Of a stretch of DNA of 61,740 nucleotides, positions 27,048 to 35,655 are shown piece after piece. The first letter of the stretch is position 1. Every line of letters starts with the position of its first letter. The notes under the pieces are model-generated. The model did no database searches and was not told the DNA's origin. It saw only the letters and a list, made by a program, of their open reading frames with translations. Origin of the DNA: an uncultured Eubacteriales bacterium (lineage in GTDB: Bacteria > Bacillota > Clostridia > Christensenellales > CAG-1252); the NCBI GenBank assembly GCA_902797685.1, contig CADBTQ010000071.1, positions 1-61,740 on the forward strand, read 5' to 3'. The position numbers and the translations under genes were made by a program.

Positions 27048-27878
27048 ATGAACAAACCGATTGTCGCATTTTTGTACGATTTTGACAAGACCTTGTGTAC
27101 CCGCGATATGCAGGAGTACACGTTTATCCCTTCCATCGGTATGGAGCCCAACGACTTTTGGGCGCTTGCCAACGGATTGGCGCGGGAGCAACACATGGAC
27201 GGCGTGTTGGCTTATATGTACTGTATGCTCACCCGCACCACCTTGCGGCGCAACAATTTGGTCGACTGCGGCAAGGCGGTGGAATACCACCCCGGCGTGG
27301 AAGAATGGTTTGAGCGCGTCAACGCTTACGGAGAGGAAGCGGGGGTCAAGGTGGAGCACTACGTGCTGTCTTCGGGACTTAAAGAGATCATCGAGGGGAC
27401 GTCCATTGCCGATCGCTTTACCAAGGTGTTTGCGAGCGAGTTTTTATACGACGACAACGGTATGGCGGTCTGGCCCAAACTCGCGGTCAACTACACCAAC
27501 AAGACCCAATTCGTCTACCGTATCAACAAGGGCGTATTGGATATCAGCAACGACCGCGACCTCAACCGTTCGGCGCCCGACACGGGCAGACGGGTCAAGT
27601 TTAGCAACATGATCTACATCGGCGACGGATTGACCGACGTGCCGTGTATGAAACTGGTACGCGCCCAAGGGGGTCACGCGGTGGCGGTACACCAAGGGGC
27701 GAGGGCGCTGGCGAGCGACTTGATCAAACACTCGAGGGTGGACTTCTTTTTTGAGGCGGACTACCGCAAGGACAGCCCCTTGGATCAAGCCATCCACACT
27801 TTGCTCAGCAAATTGGCGCTCGACAACCGCGTGGCGGAACTGACTCACGCGCAGTTGGAAGAAGCGGAACAGGAGTAG
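27048..27878 (+). CDS. HAD-superfamily hydrolase
   Basis: YDFDKTL motif I, LSSGL motif II, NYTNKTQ, YIGDGLTDVPC motif IV. Confidence 0.9.
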   Translation: MNKPIVAFLYDFDKTLCTRDMQEYTFIPSIGMEPNDFWALANGLAREQHMDGVLAYMYCMLTRTTLRRNNLVDCGKAVEYHPGVEEWFERVNAYGEEAGVKVEHYVLSSGLKEIIEGTSIADRFTKVFASEFLYDDNGMAVWPKLAVNYTNKTQFVYRINKGVLDISNDRDLNRSAPDTGRRVKFSNMIYIGDGLTDVPCMKLVRAQGGHAVAVHQGARALASDLIKHSRVDFFFEADYRKDSPLDQAIHTLLSKLALDNRVAELTHAQLEEAEQE

Positions 27879-28139
27879 CGCGAACGCGTGTTCGCGCAGT
27901 GATATACGGCATTGCCGTGTGATATTCTGCCCAAGGGCAGAGTGATATTTATTCGCTACGCTCATAAGTGATATGTTGCCCGCATCCTTCGATGCGGGCA
28001 ACGTTTTGGAAGCCGAATAGATCCACCTGCGGTGGGTGAAATCCATGCAGGACATGGGTGAAATCGGCGATTCCTCCGGAGAAATCCGCACGCTGTGCGG
28101 GTGAAATCCTCCTTCGCCTTGCTCGGGTTGCGGTGATTT
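27878..28139 (+). repeat. Array of distinct short hairpins separated by a constant linker GTGATAT/GTGAAAT
   Basis: GTGATAT at 27899, 27919, 27942, 27968; GTGAAAT at 28036, 28058, 28101; GAGAAAT at 28079. Most intervening segments are different palindromes. Confidence 0.85.
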
Positions 28140-28170
28140 ATTTTTTATATTTGCTAACATATGCGAAATG

Positions 28171-28452
28171 ATATCAATTCCTATCCACAACATCCCGCAG
28201 GAATATATCGCATTCGGCTTGCCGAATATATCGCAACACAGCCCCCTTGTTCGGTGCAAGGGGGCTGTGTTATATCGCAAATCCCCTAAGGGATTTATAT
28301 CGCCGCGGCGGTATCTCGGGAAACCGCCGCTATCACGTCTTGCCGTGCATATCACCGCCCACTCGCGGAGCGAATATCACTCCGGTATCAGCCGGAATAT
28401 CACTTTTGCCTTGGCAAAAATATCACTTGCTCGCACGGCGAGCAAATATCAC
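28171..28452 (-). repeat. Oppositely oriented hairpin array with linker GTGATAT/GCGATAT on the minus strand
   Basis: ATATCGC at 28205, 28228, 28272, 28297; ATATCAC at 28349, 28374, 28397, 28420, 28446; the last linker contains the FNT stop codon. Confidence 0.85.
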
Positions 28453-29108
28453 TCTACCTTGGGCGGCTCTCGTCTAAGCAGGCGGTTAAACGTGGGGACG
28501 AGCAAACCGCCTACTATATTGCCTACGGTGACCAAAAAGATGAATAATACGCCTTTGCCGCTCCATACGCCGCAAGCGGACAGATAAAACATATCCGCCA
28601 CGCTGTGTTCGAAACCGCACAACACGAATACGCTGACCCCAAACAGTAGCGCAAGCGCCTTTTTCCATTCCTTGTCGAACGAGCGGTACCCTTCCACCGC
28701 CACATAGATGAGGATATTGCACAATATGCCAAGCAACACGATCTGCCACCACGGGGCGTCGATACGAGCGGTCAGTCCTTCCCCGTAAGCAGAGAGAAGG
28801 GAGCCGAATTTGTCGATATAGCGCACGATGCTGCCCACGGTCACAGCCCCGGCGAAATTGCCCGCGTAGATCACGACGAGGCGGGCGAGATAGACGGGCT
28901 TGTTGTCCCACACGTAGCAGATCTTGCCCGTAAACAAGTTGAGCCCCGCCACCAAAACCAAAAACAGTCCGACGCAAAAGAACAGACTACCCGCGATCTT
29001 GTTTTGGCTGGCGATATTGGCGATACCGCCCAACGCGATGGCGCCGCCCGCCAACACCGCTTTGTAAAACAGCGTGATCCACTCCATCCATCTATCCTTT
29101 CGTTCCAT
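28449..29108 (-). CDS. Formate/nitrite transporter (FNT) family protein
   Basis: AVLAG..IALG, LNLFTG, GNFAG, GILCN.L, FVLCGFEHSVADMF, GNIVGG. Confidence 0.9.
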   Translation of the reverse strand: MERKDRWMEWITLFYKAVLAGGAIALGGIANIASQNKIAGSLFFCVGLFLVLVAGLNLFTGKICYVWDNKPVYLARLVVIYAGNFAGAVTVGSIVRYIDKFGSLLSAYGEGLTARIDAPWWQIVLLGILCNILIYVAVEGYRSFDKEWKKALALLFGVSVFVLCGFEHSVADMFYLSACGVWSGKGVLFIFLVTVGNIVGGLLVPTFNRLLRREPPKVE

Positions 29109-29253
29109 CTTGCGTACTCCTTTTCCCTATGGTAACACACCCATACGAAAAACGCAACCCCGCAAGAGGGGGGCTGCGTTATATCGCCGATCCATTTTGG
29201 GATTTGCGCTACGGCGTTTTTGAGAGAAGCCGTAAAGGTCGCGTTTGAGTCGT

Positions 29254-30138
29254 TCACGTCTTACCGAAGATATCGTCCAATATATCGGGTATGGTGGCGA
29301 CGGTGGGCTTCCAAACTCCCCTAATGCTGTAAAAGTTGCCTTTAAACACAAACTCCGCGCGGTAACTGTCGTCGGTCAAGACGTAGTAGACGGTCAAGTC
29401 CCGCCAAAAGAGACTCTTCTCGTCCGTGATGGCGGGTTGCGCGCCCAGTTGAACGACCATCGTGGCGGTATGGAGAGGATCGGTCGCGATGGTCGCCGAC
29501 CAATACAAGCCGCACGCCTCTTCCCCGTCGAACATGGCGTAGGTATGCTCCTTTTGACGCTCGGCGGGCACCAACACTTCGGCGCCGTACCCATCGTTAA
29601 ACGCCTCGACCGACTCAACGGCGTGCATGGGATAGACGCTTGATTTGTCGTTGGATTGCGACAGAACGTAAAACTCTTGGGACGAATACGAATACGCTTG
29701 CGCATAGCCCGTATACAATTCGCCGTCCTCGGCAGAGTAGCGATTGGAGGGAATGGTCGAAGGGGAAACGTCAACGCTATCCCCCGAGGTGGCGGGTTGG
29801 CTATCCTTGGGCTCGCTCGACTCGGGTGCGGACGCGCTCGTTTGGTCACTATCCATATATTGAGATCCGCCCGCATTGAGCTCGATCCCCTTGTCCGCCG
29901 ACTTGTTGGCGTTAGCCTGCGTCAAACTAAGCGCCAAAGGGATGGAGACCATGGCGACGATCGCAAACGACACGCCTATCGCAAAGTACCGCCAAAAGTG
30001 GCGGCGCGCCTTGCCTTGGGGGATAGGCGAAGTCACCACGTCACCTTGGGGCAGGCGGCGGGATAGGTCCTTGTCCTTTGCCTCGCGGGGGATATCCGCA
30101 TATTCGTTTAACAATCGTTTGAGTTTTTTGTCGTTCAT
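29254..30138 (-). CDS. Putative anti-sigma factor (short cytoplasmic N-terminus, one TM, Ser/Asp-rich linker, extracellular domain)
   Basis: Immediately downstream of the ECF sigma gene; topology read from hydrophobicity. Confidence 0.6.
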   Translation of the reverse strand: MNDKKLKRLLNEYADIPREAKDKDLSRRLPQGDVVTSPIPQGKARRHFWRYFAIGVSFAIVAMVSIPLALSLTQANANKSADKGIELNAGGSQYMDSDQTSASAPESSEPKDSQPATSGDSVDVSPSTIPSNRYSAEDGELYTGYAQAYSYSSQEFYVLSQSNDKSSVYPMHAVESVEAFNDGYGAEVLVPAERQKEHTYAMFDGEEACGLYWSATIATDPLHTATMVVQLGAQPAITDEKSLFWRDLTVYYVLTDDSYRAEFVFKGNFYSIRGVWKPTVATIPDILDDIFGKT

Positions 30139-30150
30139 ACTCTACCCTTC

Positions 30151-30186
30151 ATCTATACAATGCATTAGTCGTTCCTACTGTCCCAA
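30151..30186 (-). promoter_or_regulatory. Putative ECF-sigma promoter, copy 1 (for the anti-sigma gene)
   Basis: TTGGGACA-N14-TGCATTGTATAGAT, same boxes and spacing as 32494-32529. Confidence 0.65.
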
Positions 30187-30737
30187 CCGTCCTCGGTAAG
30201 CGTCTGTTTGAGCTTGTCCGTCATGCTCTTGCGCAGTCGCGCCGCCGCCGATTTGGACAGTCCCAACTGCTTGGCGATCTCTCGCACGCTCGCTTCGGCG
30301 TAGCACACCAAAGCGAACACCTGCCGCTCTTTGGGGGTCATACGCTCCCGCGCTTTGGCAAAACTCTCTTTGAGGTCTTGCTGCCGCAAGGTCAGCTCGG
30401 GGGTGCGTTCGCTCTCAAAATGCTCGATGACCTCGTCGGTCAAAGGAACGTTGCGGGAAGAGGCGGCGCGCAAGCGCATGCGACACATATTGTCGACCGT
30501 CTTGCAAAGATAGCCGTAGCCGTTGTAGGGGCGGCACTTGGCGGCGACTTGCTCTATGCGCAACCAAAACTCCTGCACTACGTCGTCCGCCTCGGGGGTC
30601 TCCCCCAAATAGCGCACGGCGGCAAACCGCACGTACCCTGCCATAAGGGCGTACAAATCCTCGATGGGGGCTCTGCCCTCACCTCGATTGATCCGCTCGA
30701 TACAGCGATTGATTGCGGTTAGTTTTGATCGATCCAT
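30165..30737 (-). CDS. ECF-type RNA polymerase sigma-70 factor
   Basis: Region 2 (EADDVVQEFWLRI...GYLCKTVDN) and region 4 HTH (MTPKERQVF...SVREIAKQLGLSKS); SD ggagg. Confidence 0.88.
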   Translation of the reverse strand: MDRSKLTAINRCIERINRGEGRAPIEDLYALMAGYVRFAAVRYLGETPEADDVVQEFWLRIEQVAAKCRPYNGYGYLCKTVDNMCRMRLRAASSRNVPLTDEVIEHFESERTPELTLRQQDLKESFAKARERMTPKERQVFALVCYAEASVREIAKQLGLSKSAAARLRKSMTDKLKQTLTEDGWDSRND

Positions 30738-30802
30738 AGGTCCTCCGACCCTATTATATCACATCCGTATCTATTGCGCCACCCTTTGGCGGTAAGCCCT
30801 CG

Positions 30803-32470
30803 TCATCCCCCGACATCGGTCGGCAAGGGGATAGTGTTTTGGGGGACAAATGCAAACGACCGAATGGAAGCGTACGTAACGAAATTGAATAGTTCCAATC
30901 GACTTAACGCCTCGACCGCTTTGGTTTGCGTACACTCGGGCAACACGAAACACACTTCTATATACCCTATGGGGTCGTAGTTTTCGTAAGTCACCGATTC
31001 GTAGTCGATACCCCAGTCGAACGACTTCCCGTTGTAAATCGCATTAGCCGCCTCGCCGAACACGACTGCTTTGACGTGATCGAAGCTATAATGGATCTCC
31101 TCGTTTGGCGAATAAACCATCCCCGCTTTGTTATAATAATAGTGCGTGAGCGAACCGTCCCACGCCTTGCCGATCTCTTCCGAGATGGCGGGCACGGAAC
31201 TTGTCGAGTAAACGAACCAATCGGTGCAATCTTCGACGGCGGCTTTGGGCGCTTCGACCAAAACCAACCAAGCCGCCATATCACAAGTCAGCCCTGCGCT
31301 CGTCAACTTAACGTTGACCGTCAGCACGCCGTTTTGATAGCCGACGCGACCTACCGCATAGCGATTACCACCGCTTCCGGCGACGACGTACCGCAAAAAG
31401 AGCGTCCTGTCGGCAAAGAACTCCTCGTCGTAGATATCCAACGCTTCTTCCCACTCTTGCCGAGCAGAAGACAGAGTATAAGGCGAACCCTCGTAATCAT
31501 GCTTGAGGTTTTGATCGACTCGAGCCAAAAGGTCGTCTACTTGCTCCCTGTTTTGCAATCGATAGAGCGCGTGAGCGGACGACGAATCGTTCCCCTTGCA
31601 ATACGGAACGCCCTCAAACGGTTGACCGTCTACATAACGCGCGCTGACGACCGTGCTATAACAGGTAAAACCATCCGCTTCGGGGCCGGTGTTCACCCAA
31701 GTGGCGGTTGTCTCCGAAAACGCTATCGCGTCAAACCGAGTGTATGTTTCAAGAGCGGAAGTGGGCAATTCGACCACCGCGATATATGCCCCCGCCGCGG
31801 GACAAGATACTATCGAAGTACTCTTTTGAATCCCCACGATTAGGGTATTGCCATTGTACCGCACGCTGCGGACAGAATAGGAATCGCTCACGTTAGGGGT
31901 CACAAAATAGGTAAGCAACAAAGTGTGTTCGGCAAAAAACTCCTCGTCGTACTCATTTTTTACCCCACTTATTTGGGTATAATCCATCGGAACGCGATCG
32001 CCGTTTACGCCATCACAAAACTCCACGAGTGAAGCTCTATCCGAAAAGCGATAGATAGGATAGTGTCTGGTTCGGGTGTTTCCCAGCAAATCTTGATTGA
32101 GCGCGGGATAGGGGAAGGGATCTTTACTCCAGTATCCTGCCCGGTATAACGTGCCGACGTAGGGGAAACTGTGCTCGGGGGTATCGCCGTAGGCGACGCC
32201 CGTCCTCGACCTCTTTTGGGCAGAAAAGGCGGAGTCGTCGACAAAGTCCTCCTTATCTTCAGACACGGGATCGACGACGCTCGTCTCGTCAGAGGGCGAC
32301 CCCACATTAGCAGCGGGATCCGCATCTTCTCCGTTTTGAGAGATATCTTGAGCATAAGACCCTTGGTCGGCGTTGAGATAAGACGATGGGGGGACGGTCT
32401 TACATCCCGTCAAACAAAGAATGACGACAAACGCCGCCAACGTCAACGTAATGAATATTTTTCTTTTCAT
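30803..32470 (-). CDS. Lipoprotein with two internal repeats (PrcB C-terminal-like)
   Basis: Lipobox LTGC; repeated YDEEFFA..TL...V..V.Y....L.V....C..A.....VE.P. Confidence 0.7.
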   Translation of the reverse strand: MKRKIFITLTLAAFVVILCLTGCKTVPPSSYLNADQGSYAQDISQNGEDADPAANVGSPSDETSVVDPVSEDKEDFVDDSAFSAQKRSRTGVAYGDTPEHSFPYVGTLYRAGYWSKDPFPYPALNQDLLGNTRTRHYPIYRFSDRASLVEFCDGVNGDRVPMDYTQISGVKNEYDEEFFAEHTLLLTYFVTPNVSDSYSVRSVRYNGNTLIVGIQKSTSIVSCPAAGAYIAVVELPTSALETYTRFDAIAFSETTATWVNTGPEADGFTCYSTVVSARYVDGQPFEGVPYCKGNDSSSAHALYRLQNREQVDDLLARVDQNLKHDYEGSPYTLSSARQEWEEALDIYDEEFFADRTLFLRYVVAGSGGNRYAVGRVGYQNGVLTVNVKLTSAGLTCDMAAWLVLVEAPKAAVEDCTDWFVYSTSSVPAISEEIGKAWDGSLTHYYYNKAGMVYSPNEEIHYSFDHVKAVVFGEAANAIYNGKSFDWGIDYESVTYENYDPIGYIEVCFVLPECTQTKAVEALSRLELFNFVTYASIRSFAFVPQNTIPLPTDVGG

Positions 32471-32493
32471 TTTTAGTCCCTCCGGGTATTGCT

Positions 32494-32529
32494 ATCTATA
32501 CAATGCAATGCCCTGTCGTTTTGTCCCAA
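32494..32529 (-). promoter_or_regulatory. Putative ECF-sigma promoter, copy 2 (for the lipoprotein gene)
   Basis: TTGGGACA-N14-TGCATTGTATAGAT, lying just after a terminator and 24 nt before ATG 32470. Confidence 0.65.
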
Positions 32530-32560
32530 AATAAAACGGCAGTCTATTTTCAGACTGCCG
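32528..32560 (-). terminator. Intrinsic terminator
   Basis: cggcagtct-loop-agactgccg with a T-tract on the minus strand. Confidence 0.7.
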
Positions 32561-32571
32561 CGATGAGCTTT

Positions 32572-35010
32572 TTATTTGCGTTTGCCCTTGACGACCTTGT
32601 ACAACAACAAAGTCACAACGGCGGCGACGACCGCCACCCCCGCCAATACGAGGGCGATGATCTGTCCGTTGGTCAACTTGCTTTGGGAGAGATAGACGGT
32701 CTTGACCCAACCTTCCTGCCCGTCCACGTACACCTTGGTCCACTCGGCGTGCGAGTCGAAGGGCTCGTGCAACTCCAATCTCGTGCCATCCACAAGCGAG
32801 GCAAGTAAGTCGCTATCGACGGACGCTGCCGAGTAAAAAGCAATGGTGTCCCCCAAACGCCCCGCTTTGGCTTTGACGTAGTAGCGGGTGACCAAGTTGG
32901 GGTCCTCGTACACGGTGTAGTCGGCGATACGCACGTAGGCGCTGCCATCCTCATAGTCCACTTCGTACCATGCCCATACGGGGTCTGTCTCCACCGCCAC
33001 GATCCGCTTGGCGTGCAATACCGCTTGCCCTTTGGGCAAAGAGGCAATGGAGCGGGCTTGATTGGAGGGGAACTCGTACAAACCCGTTTGATCCAATATG
33101 CCGTTGTATTTGACGGTCAAGTCCACCATCTTGTCCTCGACCAAGGCGGCTTTGTCGTAGGGGATATAAACGTAGGGATAGCGCTCCTCTTCCCCTTTGA
33201 CCGTACACTCGGCGTACCAAAAACGGTCTTCGCCCTCGCCTACCGTGGCGACCAACATCGCATAGGGATGGGTCACGCACACGATGGACTCGTAGTTGTC
33301 GGGACTGGTGTAGCCCCACACCTCGTTGACGTTGAGTTTGATCGCTCTGACCCCCACGTTGCTCTCTGCAACGGGCGGCTGATAGCTACTCTCCTCGGTG
33401 GGGACGTCCAAGTCTACTTTGAGCAAAGCGTGATCTTTGAGCGCGTACACCGTGCCGTCGGGAGCGATCTCGATCGCATGGTATCCCGCAAGCGGGGTCG
33501 CGGAAGGCTCCCCGAAACCGTCGGCGGTACGGGTATAGCGCAGCACTTGACTGTCGGTCAAGGCGTACACGTTGCCGTAGAGGTCGGTCGTCCAATCGAT
33601 CAAGCCGATCCCCGCCAAAGAGAGGTTGACCCCTTCCACAAGAAGCCCGTCTTTGTAACAAGTGAGAGCGGCGTCCTTGCCGAGAACGTAGACCACCCCC
33701 ACGTGTTTGCCTACCTTGACTTGATAGGCGCCTTTGACGGACACCCATTCGGTGGGTTCCTGCCCCAACGAGTACAAATTGCCCTCTACGACGGCGTATC
33801 CACCCGTAGCGTCGGCAGCCAAAGAGAGGGCATTGCCGACCGCCAAGTCGAGGGTGCGGCGGCGAGCGGTGCCCGTCTTGGATAGGTCGTAAATATCCAC
33901 CAACTGCCCGCGAGCGATGTATACCATGGAGCCGTAGGTCGCGACCTTGTCGGCGGTAACGTCTATCGTCGAATACGCCCCGCCCTCGGGATCGTAGATC
34001 GCCACGCGACCGTTGCCGCGGTCGTTGACGACCACCGATCGGTCTACCGACAGCGCGGTGGGCGAATGCAATCTACCATTAGACTCCCCCCAAGTACCCC
34101 ACATACCGATGAGGTTACCCTCGAGGTCGTAAGCTTTGACGGCGGATTGCCCGTTGTCCGCGACGTACAGACGGGTATCGGTGGCAGCAAGGGCTGAGGC
34201 GGCGTACAGGACGGCGTCCTCGTAGTCGTCTTCGCCCGCTTTTTGCAGCAAACGGTTATCCCCTTTCCATACCGCGCCCGAGCGGAGATAAAAGGAAGTG
34301 GGCGCATAGTCGTCGAAGGCGGCGACGGTGCCCACCGCACTCGGCGCGGTGTCCACGACGGGGTTGAGTACGAAGCGCGTACCCAAAGTGGTGTTGAAGA
34401 AGTAGCAGGTGTTGTCCAGCGCCTTCATCAAGTTGTAGGAGTGGGTGCTGGGGTCGAAATTGTGACGTTTGTGCTGTACGTCGTAAGGCACGGTCTCCCC
34501 CAATGCGTCCGCCAGATCGACCCACAACAAAGTGGCGCCGTACCCCATATACAACACGTCGGTGTCGCTATCCACCGCAAATGCGGTGAGGGGGGTGACT
34601 TGCAACGTCTCGCTAAGGGTGGTGACAAGGGCGGTCTTAGCCCAAGTCCCCTCGGTCAGATCGTACGCATAAAGAGCGTCCGCGCCCAAATCGACGAGGA
34701 GGGTGTCCCGCCCCAGCGCCAACCTGACGGCGGCGGGATCGGGCGAAAGCCCGTCGGGCAGTGCGACGCGCACGCACTCGTCGGACAAAACGACGATGGA
34801 AAGGGTCTCGTCCTTGACTTCCACCGCGGCAAGTCGCTCGCCGCAAGCGGATAGGGATAAGATCCGTCCCAATTCGACGTAGTCTTGGGTAACGTAAGTC
34901 GCTTGGGGCGCAGACTCTTCTTCGTCCGCATAGGCAAAACAAAGAGTGGTGGCGAAGCAAACCGTCACCACCAAGAGAGTCAATATCAGCACCCAAAGCG
35001 CTTTTTTCAT
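32572..35010 (-). CDS. Secreted, C-terminally anchored protein with NHL-type beta-propeller and SH3b-like domains
   Basis: Signal peptide; LYVADNG..VKAYD..G, G.L.SP, NDRGNGRV (NHL); WYEVDY...AYV and WTKVYVDGQEGWV (SH3b); C-terminal TM with basic tail. Confidence 0.7.
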   Translation of the reverse strand: MKKALWVLILTLLVVTVCFATTLCFAYADEEESAPQATYVTQDYVELGRILSLSACGERLAAVEVKDETLSIVVLSDECVRVALPDGLSPDPAAVRLALGRDTLLVDLGADALYAYDLTEGTWAKTALVTTLSETLQVTPLTAFAVDSDTDVLYMGYGATLLWVDLADALGETVPYDVQHKRHNFDPSTHSYNLMKALDNTCYFFNTTLGTRFVLNPVVDTAPSAVGTVAAFDDYAPTSFYLRSGAVWKGDNRLLQKAGEDDYEDAVLYAASALAATDTRLYVADNGQSAVKAYDLEGNLIGMWGTWGESNGRLHSPTALSVDRSVVVNDRGNGRVAIYDPEGGAYSTIDVTADKVATYGSMVYIARGQLVDIYDLSKTGTARRRTLDLAVGNALSLAADATGGYAVVEGNLYSLGQEPTEWVSVKGAYQVKVGKHVGVVYVLGKDAALTCYKDGLLVEGVNLSLAGIGLIDWTTDLYGNVYALTDSQVLRYTRTADGFGEPSATPLAGYHAIEIAPDGTVYALKDHALLKVDLDVPTEESSYQPPVAESNVGVRAIKLNVNEVWGYTSPDNYESIVCVTHPYAMLVATVGEGEDRFWYAECTVKGEEERYPYVYIPYDKAALVEDKMVDLTVKYNGILDQTGLYEFPSNQARSIASLPKGQAVLHAKRIVAVETDPVWAWYEVDYEDGSAYVRIADYTVYEDPNLVTRYYVKAKAGRLGDTIAFYSAASVDSDLLASLVDGTRLELHEPFDSHAEWTKVYVDGQEGWVKTVYLSQSKLTNGQIIALVLAGVAVVAAVVTLLLYKVVKGKRK

Positions 35011-35012
35011 AT

Positions 35013-35222
35013 TTATTTTGCCGCCGCCTCGTTGAGCTTGGCGATCAACTCGCCGGGCTCCAAGCCGTGCACCATCGCGGCGTCTTCCACCGACTCGTTG
35101 AGGGCGCAGGGACAGCTTAGGCAGTGCATGCCGATAGAGGACAACACTTCGGCGATCGCGTCGGCGTTGTAGTCCCCTTGCATGAGTTCGTACAACATGG
35201 TTTTACCTGTGATCGGTTTCAT
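35013..35222 (-). CDS. DUF1858 (hybrid-cluster-associated redox disulfide) protein
   Basis: GMHCLSCP...ES.EDAAMVHG motif. Confidence 0.85.
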   Translation of the reverse strand: MKPITGKTMLYELMQGDYNADAIAEVLSSIGMHCLSCPCALNESVEDAAMVHGLEPGELIAKLNEAAAK

Positions 35223-35242
35223 AATATCTCCTTTTTATCGCT

Positions 35243-35650
35243 AAGGCGAACGATTTGTGGGGGTAATACGCGGTTATTGGGCACGCTAGATACACTCGAC
35301 TACGTTCGGTATGACTTCGCCGGCGTGCCGATGACAAGCGAGCCCACCAACGTCTATTGCCAAGCCGCAGCTTCAGAATCCCTTCGCCATCATAGATGGC
35401 CCTCTTCCCTTTAACAAGGGACGCTTTTCGGGGTCCCCGTAACAACGCTTTTTAGACCTACCGCGCTTGACGCCGTGATGCGGCAAATCAAGCGGGAGAG
35501 GGTGCGTGCTAAAGAACGAGTCGAGCGCCTAATGTACTACCGTACATGACGCGAGCGATCTTTTTAATATCTATTGCCAAGCCGCACGGCTTCCTTGTCA
35601 ATCGGGGTTCCCCGCAAATCGCAGAGCCAAAGGCGAACGATTTGTGGGGG
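35243..35650. repeat. Mosaic intergenic repeat cluster
   Basis: 21-bp direct repeats aaggcgaacgatttgtggggg at 35243 and 35630; family B copy at 35289-35315; truncated family A at about 35494-35559; tctattgccaagccgca occurs twice. Confidence 0.7.
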
Positions 35651-35655
35651 CGTTG

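Noticed and set aside
28181-28189. DnaA-box-like ctatccaca
   Set aside because: Single imperfect box with no cluster or origin-linked genes.
27878-28452. Canonical CRISPR, or small ORFs (28168..28587, 28247..28477, 27444..28355)
   Set aside because: The constant part is only 7 nt and the variable parts are self-complementary and 12-37 nt long. The ORFs lack SD sequences and protein-like features.
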